Shown here: piece after piece, positions 13,890-27,386 of the stretch
Layout: the number at the start of each line of letters is the position of its first letter
Position numbering within the stretch: position 1 is the stretch's first letter
Assembly (NCBI GenBank): GCA_032718475.1
Contig: JAUCBJ010009153.1
Coordinates: 62,484 to 126,483, forward strand
Source: Nemertoderma westbladi
Taxonomy: Eukaryota > Animalia > Xenacoelomorpha
Direction: 5' to 3'
Length of the DNA: 64,000 nt
Program-made: the position numbers and the translations under genes
Notes under the pieces: model-generated
Databases searched by the model: none
What the model was told of the DNA's origin: nothing
Seen by the model: the letters and a program-made list of their open reading frames with translations, nothing else

Positions 13890-16800
13890 GGCACTCTACC
13901 GGTACTACCTAGTAAAACAAACAAAGTTCGGCACTCTACCGGTACTACCTAGTAAAACAAACAAAGTGCGGCACTCTACCAGTACTACCTAGTAAAACAA
14001 ACAAAGTGCGGCACTCTACCAGTACTACCTAGTAAAACTCAAAGTCCGGCACTCTACCAGTACTACCTAGTAAAACAACCAAAGTGCGGCACTCTACCAG
14101 TACTACCTAATGAAACAAACAAAGTGCGGCACTCTACCAGTACTACCTAGTAAAACAAACAAAGTCCGGCACTCTACCAGTACTACCTAGTAAAACAAAC
14201 AAAGTGCGGCACTCTACCAGTACTACCTAGTAAAACAAACAAAGTGCGGCACTCTACCAGTACTACCTAGTAAAACAAACAAAGTGCGGCACTCTACCGG
14301 TACTACCTAGTGAAACAAACAAAGTGCGGCACTCTACCGGTATTACCTAGTGAAACAAACAAAGTTCGGCTCTCTACCAGTTCTACCTAGTGAAACAAAC
14401 AAAGTTCGGCACTCTACCGGTACTACCTAGTAAAACAAACAAATTGCGGCACTCTACCAGTACTACCTAGTGAAACAAACAAAGTTCGGCACTCTACCAG
14501 TACTACCTAGTGAAACAAACAAAGTTCGGCACTCTACCGGTACTACCTAGTAAAACAAACAAAGTGCAGCATTCTACCGGTACTACCTAGTGAAACAAAC
14601 AAAGTGCGGCACTCTACCAGTACTACCTAGTAAAACAAACAAAGTGCGGCACTCTACCAGTACTACCTAGTGAAACAAACAAAGTGCGGCACTCTACCAG
14701 TACTACCTAGTAAAACAAACAAAGTGCGGCACTCTACCGGTACTACCTAGTGAAACAAACAAAGTGCGGCACTCTACTGGTACTACCTAGTGAAACAAAC
14801 AAAGTTCGGCACTCTACCAGTACTACCTAGTGAAACAAACAAAGTTCGGCACTCTACCGGTACTACCTAGTAAAACAAACAAAGTGCGGCACTCTACCAG
14901 TACTACCTAGTGAAACAAACAAAGTGCGGCACTCTACCAGTACTACCTAGTGAAACTTAAAGTTCGGCACTCTACCAGTACTACCTAGTGAAACAAACAA
15001 AGTGCGGCACTCTACCAGTACTACCTAGTGAAACTCAAAGTTCGGCACTCTACCGGTACTACCTAGTGAAACAAACAAAGTTCGGCACTCTACCGGTGCT
15101 ACCTAGTAAAACAAACAAAGTGCGGCACTCTACCAGTACTACCTAGTGAAACAAACAAAGTGCGGCACTCTACCAGTACTACCTAGTGAAACTCAAAGTT
15201 CGGCACTCTACCGGTACTACCTAGTAAAACAAACAAAGTGCGGCACTCTACCGGTACTACCTAGTAAAACAAACAAAGTGCGGCACTCTACCGGTACTAC
15301 CTAGTAAAACAAACAAAGTGCGGCACTCTACCGGTACTACCTAGTAAAACTCAAAGTCCGGCACTCTACCAGTACTACCTAGTAAAACAAACAAAGTGCG
15401 GCACTCTACCGATACTACCTAGTAAAACAAACAAAGTGCGGCACTCTACCAGTACTACCTAGTAAAACTCAAAGTTCGGCAATCTACCAGTACTACCTAG
15501 TAAAACAAACAAAGTTCGGCACTCTACCAGTACTACCTAGTGAAACTCAAAGTTCGTCCATCTACCAGTACTACCTAGTAAAACAAACAAAGTTCGGCAC
15601 TCTACCAGTACTACCTAGTGAAACAAACAAAGTTCGGCACTCTACCGGTACTACCTAGTGAAACTCAAAGTTCGGCACTCTACCAGTACTACCTAGTAAA
15701 ACAAACAAAGTGCGGCACTCTAACGGTACTACCTAGTAAAACTCAAAGTTCGGCACTCTACCGATACTACCTAGTAAAACAAACAAAGTGCGGCACTCTA
15801 CCAGTACTACCTAGTAAAACAAACAAAGTTCGGCACTCTACCGGTACTACCTAGTGAAACTCAAAGTTCGGCCATCTACCAGTACTACCTAGTAAAACAA
15901 ACAAAGTTAGGCACTCTACCGGTACTACCTAGTAAAACAAACAAAGTTCGGCACTCTACCGGTACTACCTAGTGAAACTCAAAGTTCGGCCATCTACCAG
16001 TACTACCTAGTAAAACAAACAAAGTTCGGCACTCTACCAGTACTACCTAGTGAAACAAACAAAGTTCGGCACTCTACCAGTACTACCTAGTGAAACTCAA
16101 AGTCCGGCACTCTACCAGTACTACCTAGTGAAACAAACAAAGTTCACTACGTAGTGAAACTCAAAGTCCGGCACTCTACCAGTACTACCTAGTGAAACAA
16201 ACATAGTTCGGCACTCTACCGGTACTACCTAGTGAAACAAACAAAGTTCGGCACTCTACCAGTACTACCTAGTTAAACAAACAAAGTGCGGCACTCTACC
16301 AGTACTACCTAGTGAAACAAACAAAGTGCGGCACTCTACCAGTACTACCTAGTGAAACAAACAAAGTGCGGCACTCTACCAGTACTACCTAGTGAAACAA
16401 ACAAAGTGCGGCACTCTACCAGTACTACCTAGTGAAACAAACAAAGTGCGGCACTCTACCAGTACTACCTAGTGAAACAAACAAAGTGCGGCACTCTACC
16501 AGTACTACCTAGTGAAACAAACAAAGTTCGGCACTCTACCAGTACTACCAAGTGAAACAAACAAAGTTCGGCACTCTACCGGTACTACCTAGTAAAACAA
16601 ACAAAGTTCGGCACTCTACCGGTACTACCTAGTGAAACTCAAAGTTCGGCCATCTACCAGTACTACCTAGTAAAACAAACAAAGTTCGGCACTCTACCAG
16701 TACTACCTAGCGAAACAAACAAAGTTCGGCACTCTACCGGTACTACCTAGTGAAACTCAAAGTTCGGCCATCTACCAGTACTACCTAGTAAAACAAACAA

Positions 16801-19800
16801 AGTTCGGCACTCTACCAGTACTACCTAGTGAAACAAACAAAGTTCGGCACTCTATCAGTACTACCTAGTGAAACAAACAAAGTGCGGCACTCTACCAGTA
16901 CTACCTAGTGAAACTCAAAGTTCGGCCTTCTACCAGTACTACCTAGTAAAACAAACAAAGTTCGGCACTCTACCGGTACTACCTAGTGAAACAAACATAG
17001 TTCGGCACTCTACCAGTACGACCTAGTGAAACAAACATAGTTCGGCACTCTACCGGTACTACCTAGTGAAACAAACAAAGTTCGGCACTCTACCAGTACT
17101 ACCTAGTGAAACAAACAAAGTGCGGCACTCTACCAGTACTACCAAGTGAAACAAACAAAGTGCGGCACTCTACCAGTACTACCTAGTGAAACAAACAAAG
17201 TGCGGCACTCTACCAGTACTACCTAGTGAAACAAACAAAGTGCGGCACTCTACCAGTACTACCTAGTGAAACAAACAAAGTGCGGCACTCTACCAGTACT
17301 ACCTAGTGAAACAAACAAAGTTCGGCACTCTACCAGTACTACCAAGTGAAACAAACAAAGTTCGGCACTCTACCGGTACTACCTAGTAAAACAAACAAAG
17401 TTCGGCACTCTACCGGTACTACCTAGTGAAACTCAAAGTTCGGCCATCTACCAGTACTACCTAGTAAAACAAACAAAGTTCGGCACTCTACCAGTACTAC
17501 CTAGTGAAACAAACAAAGTTCGGCACTCTACCGGTACTACCTAGTGAAACTCAAAGTTCGGCCATCTACCAGTACTACCTAGTAAAACAAACAAAGTTCG
17601 GCACTCTACCAGTACTACCTAGTGAAACAAGCAAAGTTCGGCACTCTACCAGTACTACCTAGTGAAACAAACAAAGTGCGGCACTCTACCGGTACTACCT
17701 AGTGAAACTCAAAGTTCGGCCATCTACCAGTACTACCTAGTAAAACAAACAAAGTTCGGCACTCTACCGGTACTACCTAGTGAAACAAACAAAGTTCGGC
17801 ACTCTACCAGTACTACCTAGTGAAACTCAAAGTTCGGCCATCTACCAGTACTACCTAGTAAAACAAACAAAGTTCGGCACTCTACCGGTACTACCTAGTG
17901 AAACAAACAAAGTCCGGCACTCTACCGGTACTACGTAGTGAAACAAACAAAGTTCGGCACTCTACCAGTACTACCTAGTGAAACTCAAAGTCCGGCACTC
18001 TACCAGTACTACCTAGTGAAACAAACATAGTTCGGCACTCTACCGGTACTACCTAGTGAAACAAACAAAGTTCGGCCATCTACCAGTACTACCTAGTAAA
18101 ACAAACAAAGTTCGGCACTCTACCGGTACTACCTAGTGAAACTCAAAGTCCGGCACTCTACCGGTACTACCTAGTGAAACTCACAGTTCGGCACTCTACC
18201 AGTACTACCTAGTGAAACAAACAAAGTCCGGCACTCTACCGGTACTACCTAGTGAAACTCAAAGTCCGGCACTCTACCGGTACTACCTAGTGAAACTCAA
18301 AGTTTGGCACTCTACCAGTACTACCTAGTGAAACTCAAAGTTCGGCCATCTACCAGTACTACCTAGTAAAACAAACAAAGTCCGGCACTCTACCAGTACT
18401 ACCTAGTGAAACAAACAAAGTTCGGCACTCTACAAGTACTACCTAGTGAAACTCAAAGTTCGGCCATCTACCAGTACTACCTAGTAAAACAAACAAAGTT
18501 TGGCACTCTACCAGTACTACCCAGTGAAACAAACAAAGTTCGGCACTCTGCCAGTACTACCTAGTGAAACTCAAAGTCCGGCACTCTACCAGTACTACCT
18601 AGTGAAACAAACAAAGTTCGGCACTCTACCGGTACTACCTAGTGAAACAAACAAAGTTCGGCACTCTACAAGTACTACCCAGTGAAACAAACAAAGTTCG
18701 GCACTCTACCAGTACTACCTAGTGAAACTCAAAGTCCGGCACTCTACCAGTACTACCTAGTGAAACAAACAAAGTTCGGCACTCTACCGGTACTACCTAG
18801 TGAAACAAACAAAGTTCGGCACTCTACCGGTACTACCTAGTAAAACAAACAAAGTGCGGCACTCTACCAGTACTACCTAGTAAAACAAACAAAGTGCGGC
18901 ACTCTACCAGTACTACCTAGTGAAACAAACAAAGTTCGGCACTCTACCAGTACTACCAAGTGAAACAAACAAAGTTCGGCACTCTACCGGTACTACCTAG
19001 TAAAACAAACAAAGTTCGGCACTCTACCGGTACTACCTAGTGAAACTCAAAGTTCGGCCATCTACCAGTACTACCTAGTAAAACAAACAAAGTTCGGCAC
19101 TCTACCAGTACTACCTAGTGAAACAAACAAAGTTCGGCACTCTACCGGTACTACCTAGTGAAACTCAAAGTTCGGCCATCTACCAGTACTACCTAGTAAA
19201 ACAAACAAAGTTCGGCACTCTACCAGTACTACCTAGTGAAACAAGCAAAGTTCGGCACTCTACCAGTACTACCTAGTGAAACAAACAAAGTGCGGCACTC
19301 TACCGGTACTACCTAGTGAAACTCAAAGTTCGGCCATCTACCAGTACTACCTAGTAAAACAAACAAAGTTCGGCACTCTACCGGTACTACCTAGTGAAAC
19401 AAACAAAGTTCGGCACTCTACCAGTACTACCTAGTGAAACTCAAAGTTCGGCCATCTACCAGTACTACCTAGTAAAACAAACAAAGTTCGGCACTCTACC
19501 GGTACTACCTAGTGAAACAAACAAAGTCCGGCACTCTACCGGTACTACGTAGTGAAACAAACAAAGTTCGGAACTCTACCAGTACTACCTAGTGAAACTC
19601 AAAGTCCGGCACTCTACCAGTACTACCTAGTGAAACAAACATAGTTCGGCACTCTACCGGTACTACCTAGTGAAACAAACAAAGTTCGGCCATCTACCAG
19701 TACTACCTAGTAAAACAAACAAAGTTCGGCACTCTACCGGTACTACCTAGTGAAACTCAAAGTCCGGCACTCTACCGGTACTACCTAGTGAAACTCACAG

Positions 19801-22800
19801 TTCGGCACTCTACCAGTACTACCTAGTGAAACAAACAAAGTCCGGCACTCTACCGGTACTACCTAGTGAAACTCAAAGTCCGGCACTCTACCGGTACTAC
19901 CTAGTGAAACTCAAAGTTTGGCACTCTACCAGTACTACCTAGTGAAACTCAAAGTTCGGCCATCTACCAGTACTACCTAGTAAAACAAACAAAGTCCGGC
20001 ACTCTACCAGTACTACCTAGTGAAACAAACAAAGTTCGGCACTCTACAAGTACTACCTAGTGAAACTCAAAGTTCGGCCATCTACCAGTACTACCTAGTA
20101 AAACAAACAAAGTTTGGCACTCTACCAGTACTACCCAGTGAAACAAACAAAGTTCGGCACTCTGCCAGTACTACCTAGTGAAACTCAAAGTCCGGCACTC
20201 TACCAGTACTACCTAGTGAAACAAACAAAGTTCGGCACTCTACCGGTACTACCTAGTGAAACAAACAAAGTTCGGCACTCTACAAGTACTACCCAGTGAA
20301 ACAAACAAAGTTCGGCACTCTACCAGTACTACCTAGTGAAACTCAAAGTCCGGCACTCTACCAGTACTACCTAGTGAAACAAACAAAGTTCGGCACTCTA
20401 CCGGTACTACCTAGTGAAACAAACAAAGTTCGGCACTCTACCGGTACTACCTAGTAAAACAAACAAAGTGCGGCACTCTACCAGTACTACCTAGTAAAAC
20501 AAACAAAGTGCGGCACTCTACCAGTACTACCTAGTAAAACAAACAAAGTGCGGCACTCTACCAGTACTACCTAGTGAAACTCAAAGTTCGGCCATCTACC
20601 TGTACTACCTAGTAAAACAAACAAAGTTCGGCACTCTACCAGTACTACCTAGTGAAACAAACAAAGTTCGGCACTCTACCAGTACTACCTAGTGAAACAA
20701 ACAAAGTTCGGCCATCTACCAGTACTACCTAGTAAAACAAACAAAGTTCGGCACTCTACCAGTACTACCTAGTGAAACAAACAAAGTGCGGCACTCTACC
20801 AGTACTACCTAGTGAAACTCAAAGTCCGGCACTCTACCAGTACTACCTAGTGAAACAAACAAAGTTCGGCACTCTACCGGTACTACCTAGTGAAACAAAC
20901 AAAGTTCGGCACTCTACCAGTACTACCCAGTGAAACAAACAAAGTTCGGCACTCTACCAGTACTACCTAGTGAAACTCAAAGTCCGGCACTCTACCAGTA
21001 CTACCTAGTGAAACAAACAAAGTTCGGCACTCTACCGGTACTACCTAGTGAAACAAACAAAGTTCGGCACTCTACCGGTACTACCTAGTAAAACAAACAA
21101 AGTCCGGCACTCTACCGGTACTACCTAGTAAAACAAACAAAGTGCGGCACTCTACCGGTACTACCTAGTAAAACAAACAAAGTGCGGCACTCTACCGGTA
21201 CTACCTAGTAAAACAAACAAAGTGCGACACTCTACCGGTACTACCTAGTGAAACAAACAAAGTGCGGCACTCTACCGGTACTACCTAGTGAAACAAACAA
21301 AGTGCGGCACTCTACCGGTACTACCTAGTAAAACAAACAAAGTGCGGCACTCTACCGGTACTACCTAGTAAAACTCAAAGTCCGGCACTCTACCGGTACT
21401 ACCTAGTAAAACAAACAAAGTGCGGCACTCTACCAGTACTACCTGGTGAAACAAACAAAGTTCGGCACTCTACCAGTACTACCTAGTAATACAAACAAAG
21501 TGCGGCACTCTACCAGTACTACCTAGTAAAACTCAAAGTTTGGCAATCTACCAGTACTACCTAGTAAAACAAACAAAGTGCGGCACTCTACCGGTACCAC
21601 CTAGTGAAACAAACAAAGTTCGGCACTCTACCAGTACTACCTAGTAAAACAAACAAAGTTCGGCACTCTACCGGTACTACCTAGTAAAACAAACAAAGTG
21701 CGGCACTCTACCAGTACTACCTGGTGAAACAAACAAAGTTTGGCACTCTACCAGTACTACCTAGTAAAACAAACACAGTGCGGCACTCTAACGGTACTAC
21801 CTAGTAAAACTCAAAGTTCGGCACTCTACCGGTACTACCTAGTAAAACAAACAAAGTGCGGCACTCTACCGGTACCACCTAGTGAAACAAACAAAGTTCG
21901 GCACTCTACCAGTACTACCTAGTAAAACAAACAAAGTTCGGCACTCTACCGGTACTACCTAGTAAAACAAACAAAGTGCGGCACTCTACCAGTACTACCT
22001 AGTAAAACAAACAAAGTGCGGCACTCTACCGGTACTACCTAGTAAAACAAACAAAGTTCGGCACTCTACCGGTACTACCTAGTAAAACAAACAAAGTGCG
22101 GCACTCTACCGGTACTACCTAGTAAAACAAACAAAGTGCGGCACTCTACCGGTACTACCTAGTAAAACAAACAAAGTGCGGCACTCTACCGGTACTACCT
22201 AGTAAAACTCAAAGTCCGGCACTCTACCAGTACTACCTAGTAAAACAAACAAAGTGCGGCACTCTAACGGTACTACCTAGTAAAACTCAAAGTTCGGCTC
22301 TCTACCGGTACTACCTAGTAAAACAAACAAAGTGCGGCACTCTACCAGTACTACCTGGTGAAACAAACAAAGTTCGGCACTCTACCAGTACTACCTAGTA
22401 ATACAAACAAAGTGCGGCACTCTACCAGTACTACCTAGTAAAACTCAAAGTTCGGCACTCTACCGGTACTACCTAGTAAAACAAACAAAGTGCGGCACTC
22501 TACCAGTACTACCTAGTAAAACTCAAAGTTCGGCACTCTACCGGTACTACCTAGTAAAACAAACAAAGTGCGGCACTCTACCGGTACTACCTAGTAAAAC
22601 AAACAAAGTGCGGCACTCTACCGGTACTACCTAGTAAAACAAACAAAGTGCGGCACTCTACCGGTACTACCTAGTAAAACTCAAAGTCCGGCACTCTACC
22701 AGTACTACCTAGTAAAACAAACAAAGTGCGGCACTCTAACGGTACTACCTAGTAAAACTCAAAGTTCGGCACTCTACCGGTACTACCTAGTAAAACAAAC

Positions 22801-25800
22801 AAAGTGCGGCACTCTACCAGTACTACCTGGTGAAACAAACAAAGTTCGGCACTCTACCAGTACTACCTAGTAATACAAACAAAGTGCGGCACTCTACCAG
22901 TACTACCTAGTAAAACTCAAAGTTTGGCAATCTACCAGTACTACCTTGTAAAACAAACAAAGTTCGGCACTCTACGAGTACTAATAGTGAAACTCAAAGT
23001 TCGTCCATCTACCAGTACTACCTAGTAAAACAAACAAAGTTCGGCACTCTACCAGTACTACCTAGTGAAACAAACAAAGTTCGGCACTCTACCGGTACTA
23101 CCTAGTAAAACAAACAAAGTCCGGCACTCTACCAGTACTACCTAGTAAAACAAACAAAGTGCGGCACTCTACCAGTACTACCTAGTGAAACAAACAAAGT
23201 GCGGCACTCTACCAGTACTACCTAGTAAAACAAACAAAGTTCGGCACTCTACCGGTACTACCTAGTAAAACAAACAAAGTGCGGCACTCTACCAGTACTA
23301 CCTAGTAAAACAAACAAAGTGCGGCACTCTACCGGTACTACCTAGTAAAACAAACAAAGTTCGGCACTCTACCGGTACTACCTAGTAAAACAAACAAAGT
23401 GCGGCACTCTACCGGTACTACCTAGTAAAACAAACAAAGTGCGGCACTCTACCGGTACTACCTAGTAAAACAAACAAAGTGCGGCACTCTACCGGTACTA
23501 CCTAGTAAAACTCAAAGTCCGGCACTCTACCAGTACTACCTAGTAAAACAAACAAAGTGCGGCACTCTAACGGTACTACCTAGTAAAACTCAAAGTTCGG
23601 CTCTCTACCGGTACTACCTAGTAAAACAAACAAAGTGCGGCACTCTACCAGTACTACCTGGTGAAACAAACAAAGTTCGGCACTCTACCAGTACTACCTA
23701 GTAATACAAACAAAGTGCGGCACTCTACCAGTACTACCTAGTAAAACTCAAAGTTCGGCACTCTACCGGTACTACCTAGTAAAACAAACAAAGTGCGGCA
23801 CTCTACCAGTACTACCTAGTAAAACTCAAAGTTCGGCACTCTACCGGTACTACCTAGTAAAACAAACAAAGTGCGGCACTCTACCGGTACTACCTAGTAA
23901 AACAAACAAAGTGCGGCACTCTACCGGTACTACCTAGTAAAACAAACAAAGTGCGGCACTCTACCGGTACTACCTAGTAAAACTCAAAGTCCGGCACTCT
24001 ACCAGTACTACCTAGTAAAACAAACAAAGTGCGGCACTCTAACGGTACTACCTAGTAAAACTCAAAGTTCGGCACTCTACCGGTACTACCTAGTAAAACA
24101 AACAAAGTGCGGCACTCTACCAGTACTACCTGGTGAAACAAACAAAGTTCGGCACTCTACCAGTACTACCTAGTAATACAAACAAAGTGCGGCACTCTAC
24201 CAGTACTACCTAGTAAAACTCAAAGTTTGGCAATCTACCAGTACTACCTAGTAAAACAAACAAAGTTCGGCACTCTACGAGTACTAATAGTGAAACTCAA
24301 AGTTCGTCCATCTACCAGTACTACCTAGTAAAACAAACAAAGTTCGGCACTCTACCAGTACTACCTAGTGAAACAAACAAAGTTCGGCACTCTACCGGTA
24401 CTACCTAGTAAAACAAACAAAGTCCGGCACTCTACCAGTACTACCTAGTAAAACAAACAAAGTGCGGCACTCTACCAGTACTACCTAGTGAAACAAACAA
24501 AGTGCGGCACTCTACCAGTACTACCTAGTAAAACAAACAAAGTGCGGCACTCTACCGGTACTACCTAGTGAAACAAACAAAGTGCGGCACTCTACCGGTA
24601 CTACCTAGTGAAACAAACAAAGTTCGGCTCTCTACCAGTTCTACCTAGTGAAACAAACAAAGTTCGGCACTCTACCGGTACTACCTAGTAAAACAAACAA
24701 AGTGCGGCACTCTACCAGTACTACCTAGTGAAACAAACAAAGTTCGGCACTCTACCAGTACTACCTAGTGAAACAAACAAAGTTCGGCACTCTACCGGTA
24801 CTACCTAGTAAAACAAACAAAGTGCAGCACTCTACCGGTACAACCTAGTGAAACAAACAAACTGCGGCACTCTACCAGTACTACCTAGTAAAACAAACAA
24901 AGTGCGGCACTCTACCAGTACTACCTAGTGAAACAAACAAAGTGCGGCACTCTACCAGTACTACCTAGTAAAACAAACAAAGTGCGGCACTCTACCGGTA
25001 CTACCTAGTGAAACAAACAAAGTGCGGCACTCTACCGGTACCACCTAGTGAAACAAACAAAGTTCGGCACTCTACCAGTACTACCTAGTAAAACAAACAA
25101 AGTTCGGCACTCTACCGGTACTACCTAGTAAAACAAACAAAGTGTGGCACTCTACCAGTACTACCTAGTAAAACAAACAAAGTGCGGCACTCTACCAGTA
25201 CTACCTAGTAAAACTCAAAGTTCGGCACTCTACCGGTACTACCTAGTAAAACAAACAAAGTGCGGCACTCTACCGGTACTACCTAGTAAAACAAACAAAG
25301 TGCGGCACTCTACCGGTACTACCTAGTAAAACAAACAAAGTGCGGCACTCTACCGGTACTACCTAGTAAAACTCAAAGTCCGGCACTCTACCAGTACTAC
25401 CTAGTAAAACAAACAAAGTGCGGCACTCTAACGGTACTACCTAGTAAAACTCAAAGTTCGGCACTCTCCCGGTACTACCTAGTAAAACAAACAAAGTGCG
25501 GCACTCTACCAGTACTACCTAGTAAAACTCAAAGTTTGGCAATCTACCAGTACTACCTAGTAAAACAAACAAAGTTCGGCACTCTACCAGTACTACCTAG
25601 TGAAACTCAAAGTTCGTCCATCTACCAGTACTACCTAGTAAAACAAACAAAGTTCGGCACTCTACCAGTACTACCTAGTAAAACAAACAAAGTGCGGCAC
25701 TCTACCAGTACTACCTAGTAAAACAAACAAAGTGCGGCACTCTACCAGTACTACCTAGTAAAACAAACAAAGTGCGGCACTCTACCGGTACTACCTAGTA

Positions 25801-26134
25801 AAACAAACAAAGTGCGGCACTCTACCAGTACTACCTAGTAAAACAAACAAAGTGCGGCACTCTACCAGTACTACCTAGTAAAACAAACAAAGTGCGGCAC
25901 TCTACCAGTACTACCTAGTAAAACAAACAAAGTTCGGCACTCTACCAGTACTACCTAGTAAAACAAACAAAGTGCGGCACTCTACCAGTACTACCTAGTA
26001 AAACAAACAAAGTGCGGCACTCTACCAGTACTACCTAGTAAAACAAACAAAGTGCGGCACTCTACCGGTACTACCTAGTAAAACAAACAAAGTTCGGCAC
26101 TCTACCAGTACTACCTAGTGAAACAAACAAAGTT
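13890..26134. repeat. Tandem 40/38-bp satellite array
   Basis: Same monomer, uninterrupted. Confidence 0.98.
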
Positions 26135-26142
26135 TAGGCCTG

Positions 26143-27210
26143 ATGGGTGTAGGTTCTATAGACTGGTTCAAGTCCTACCTGTCAGACAGAGGTCAAACTG
26201 TAGTCATTAGCAAATCGCTGTCTACTGTACAAGAGATTACCTGTGGTGTACCGCAAGGTAGTATATTAGGTCCTCTGCTTTTTGTATGCTATGTAAATGA
26301 TATGATAAGTAGTATAGATCCCGATTTTATACTCATTTTATATGCCGACGACAGTGCTCTTATTTTCTCTCATAAAGATCCTATCCATATTTCCCAAAAG
26401 TTAAGTGCAGTTCTAGAATCCTGTAATGAGTGGTTGGTTGATAATAAGCTATCCATTCACTACGGTAAAACTGAAAGTATTTTGTTTGGTTCCAAAAGAA
26501 AGTTAAAGAAGGTAACTAAGTTTGAAGTCACTAGTAATGGACATAAGATTGAAAATAAATAGGAAGTTAAATATTTAGGCGCCACATTAGATAACTGCTT
26601 ATCAGGAGAAAGTACAGTGAAAAATATTTTCTCGAAAGTTAACAGTAGGCTTAGGTTTCTATACAGAAATAAAAATAGTTTGAACACCGACTCCCGCAAG
26701 TTACTTTGCTCTTCTTTAATACAGTGTCACATGGACTATGCGTGCTCTTCTTGGTATGAAGGCTTAACCAAACAGCTTAAATGTAAATTACAAGTAGCTC
26801 AGAATAAAGTAGTACGATTTATTAAAGACTACAAACCTAGACACCACCTAACTCCAGATGACTTTTCTGAATCTGGACTACTTAACTTAGATAGTAGAGT
26901 TAAGCAGCTACGCCTTAACCATGTGCATAAAGTGTATAATGGTAAATGTCCCAATTACCTAAAACAAAAATTCAACAGAGTACGCGATACACACTCTTAC
27001 AGTACCAGAGCTAGTGCTTCAAACTTCTACCTCCCGAATTGTAAATCCTTCGAATCTGATACTTTCTTTTTTAACGGCATAAAAAATTGGAACGCTCTGC
27101 CTAATGAAATTAAAAACCTAAATAATCAACATTCTTTTAAATCTGCAGTTAAATCTCATCTCCGTGTGCAATGTAAAAATAGGTACAATAGTCCTACAGT
27201 AAGTTATTAG
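26143..27210 (+). pseudogene. LINE ORF2 C-terminal half (reverse transcriptase), disrupted
   Basis: Shares the TAG stop (26560-26562) with copy 1, but has AAA at 26770 where copy 1 has TAA. Confidence 0.9.
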
Positions 27211-27386
27211 TTTATTAATTATTTACTATTTATACTGTAATTACGTTTTTAATAAATTGTTCTGTACATTACATCTTTATCGTTGAGTCGGGCATTGTCA
27301 CGCTCTCGGTAAAGTTGTACATGTACATAGTGTAATTACGTTTTATATTCGTTTAGGTTAGCGTAGTGTAATATTGTATTTGTAAC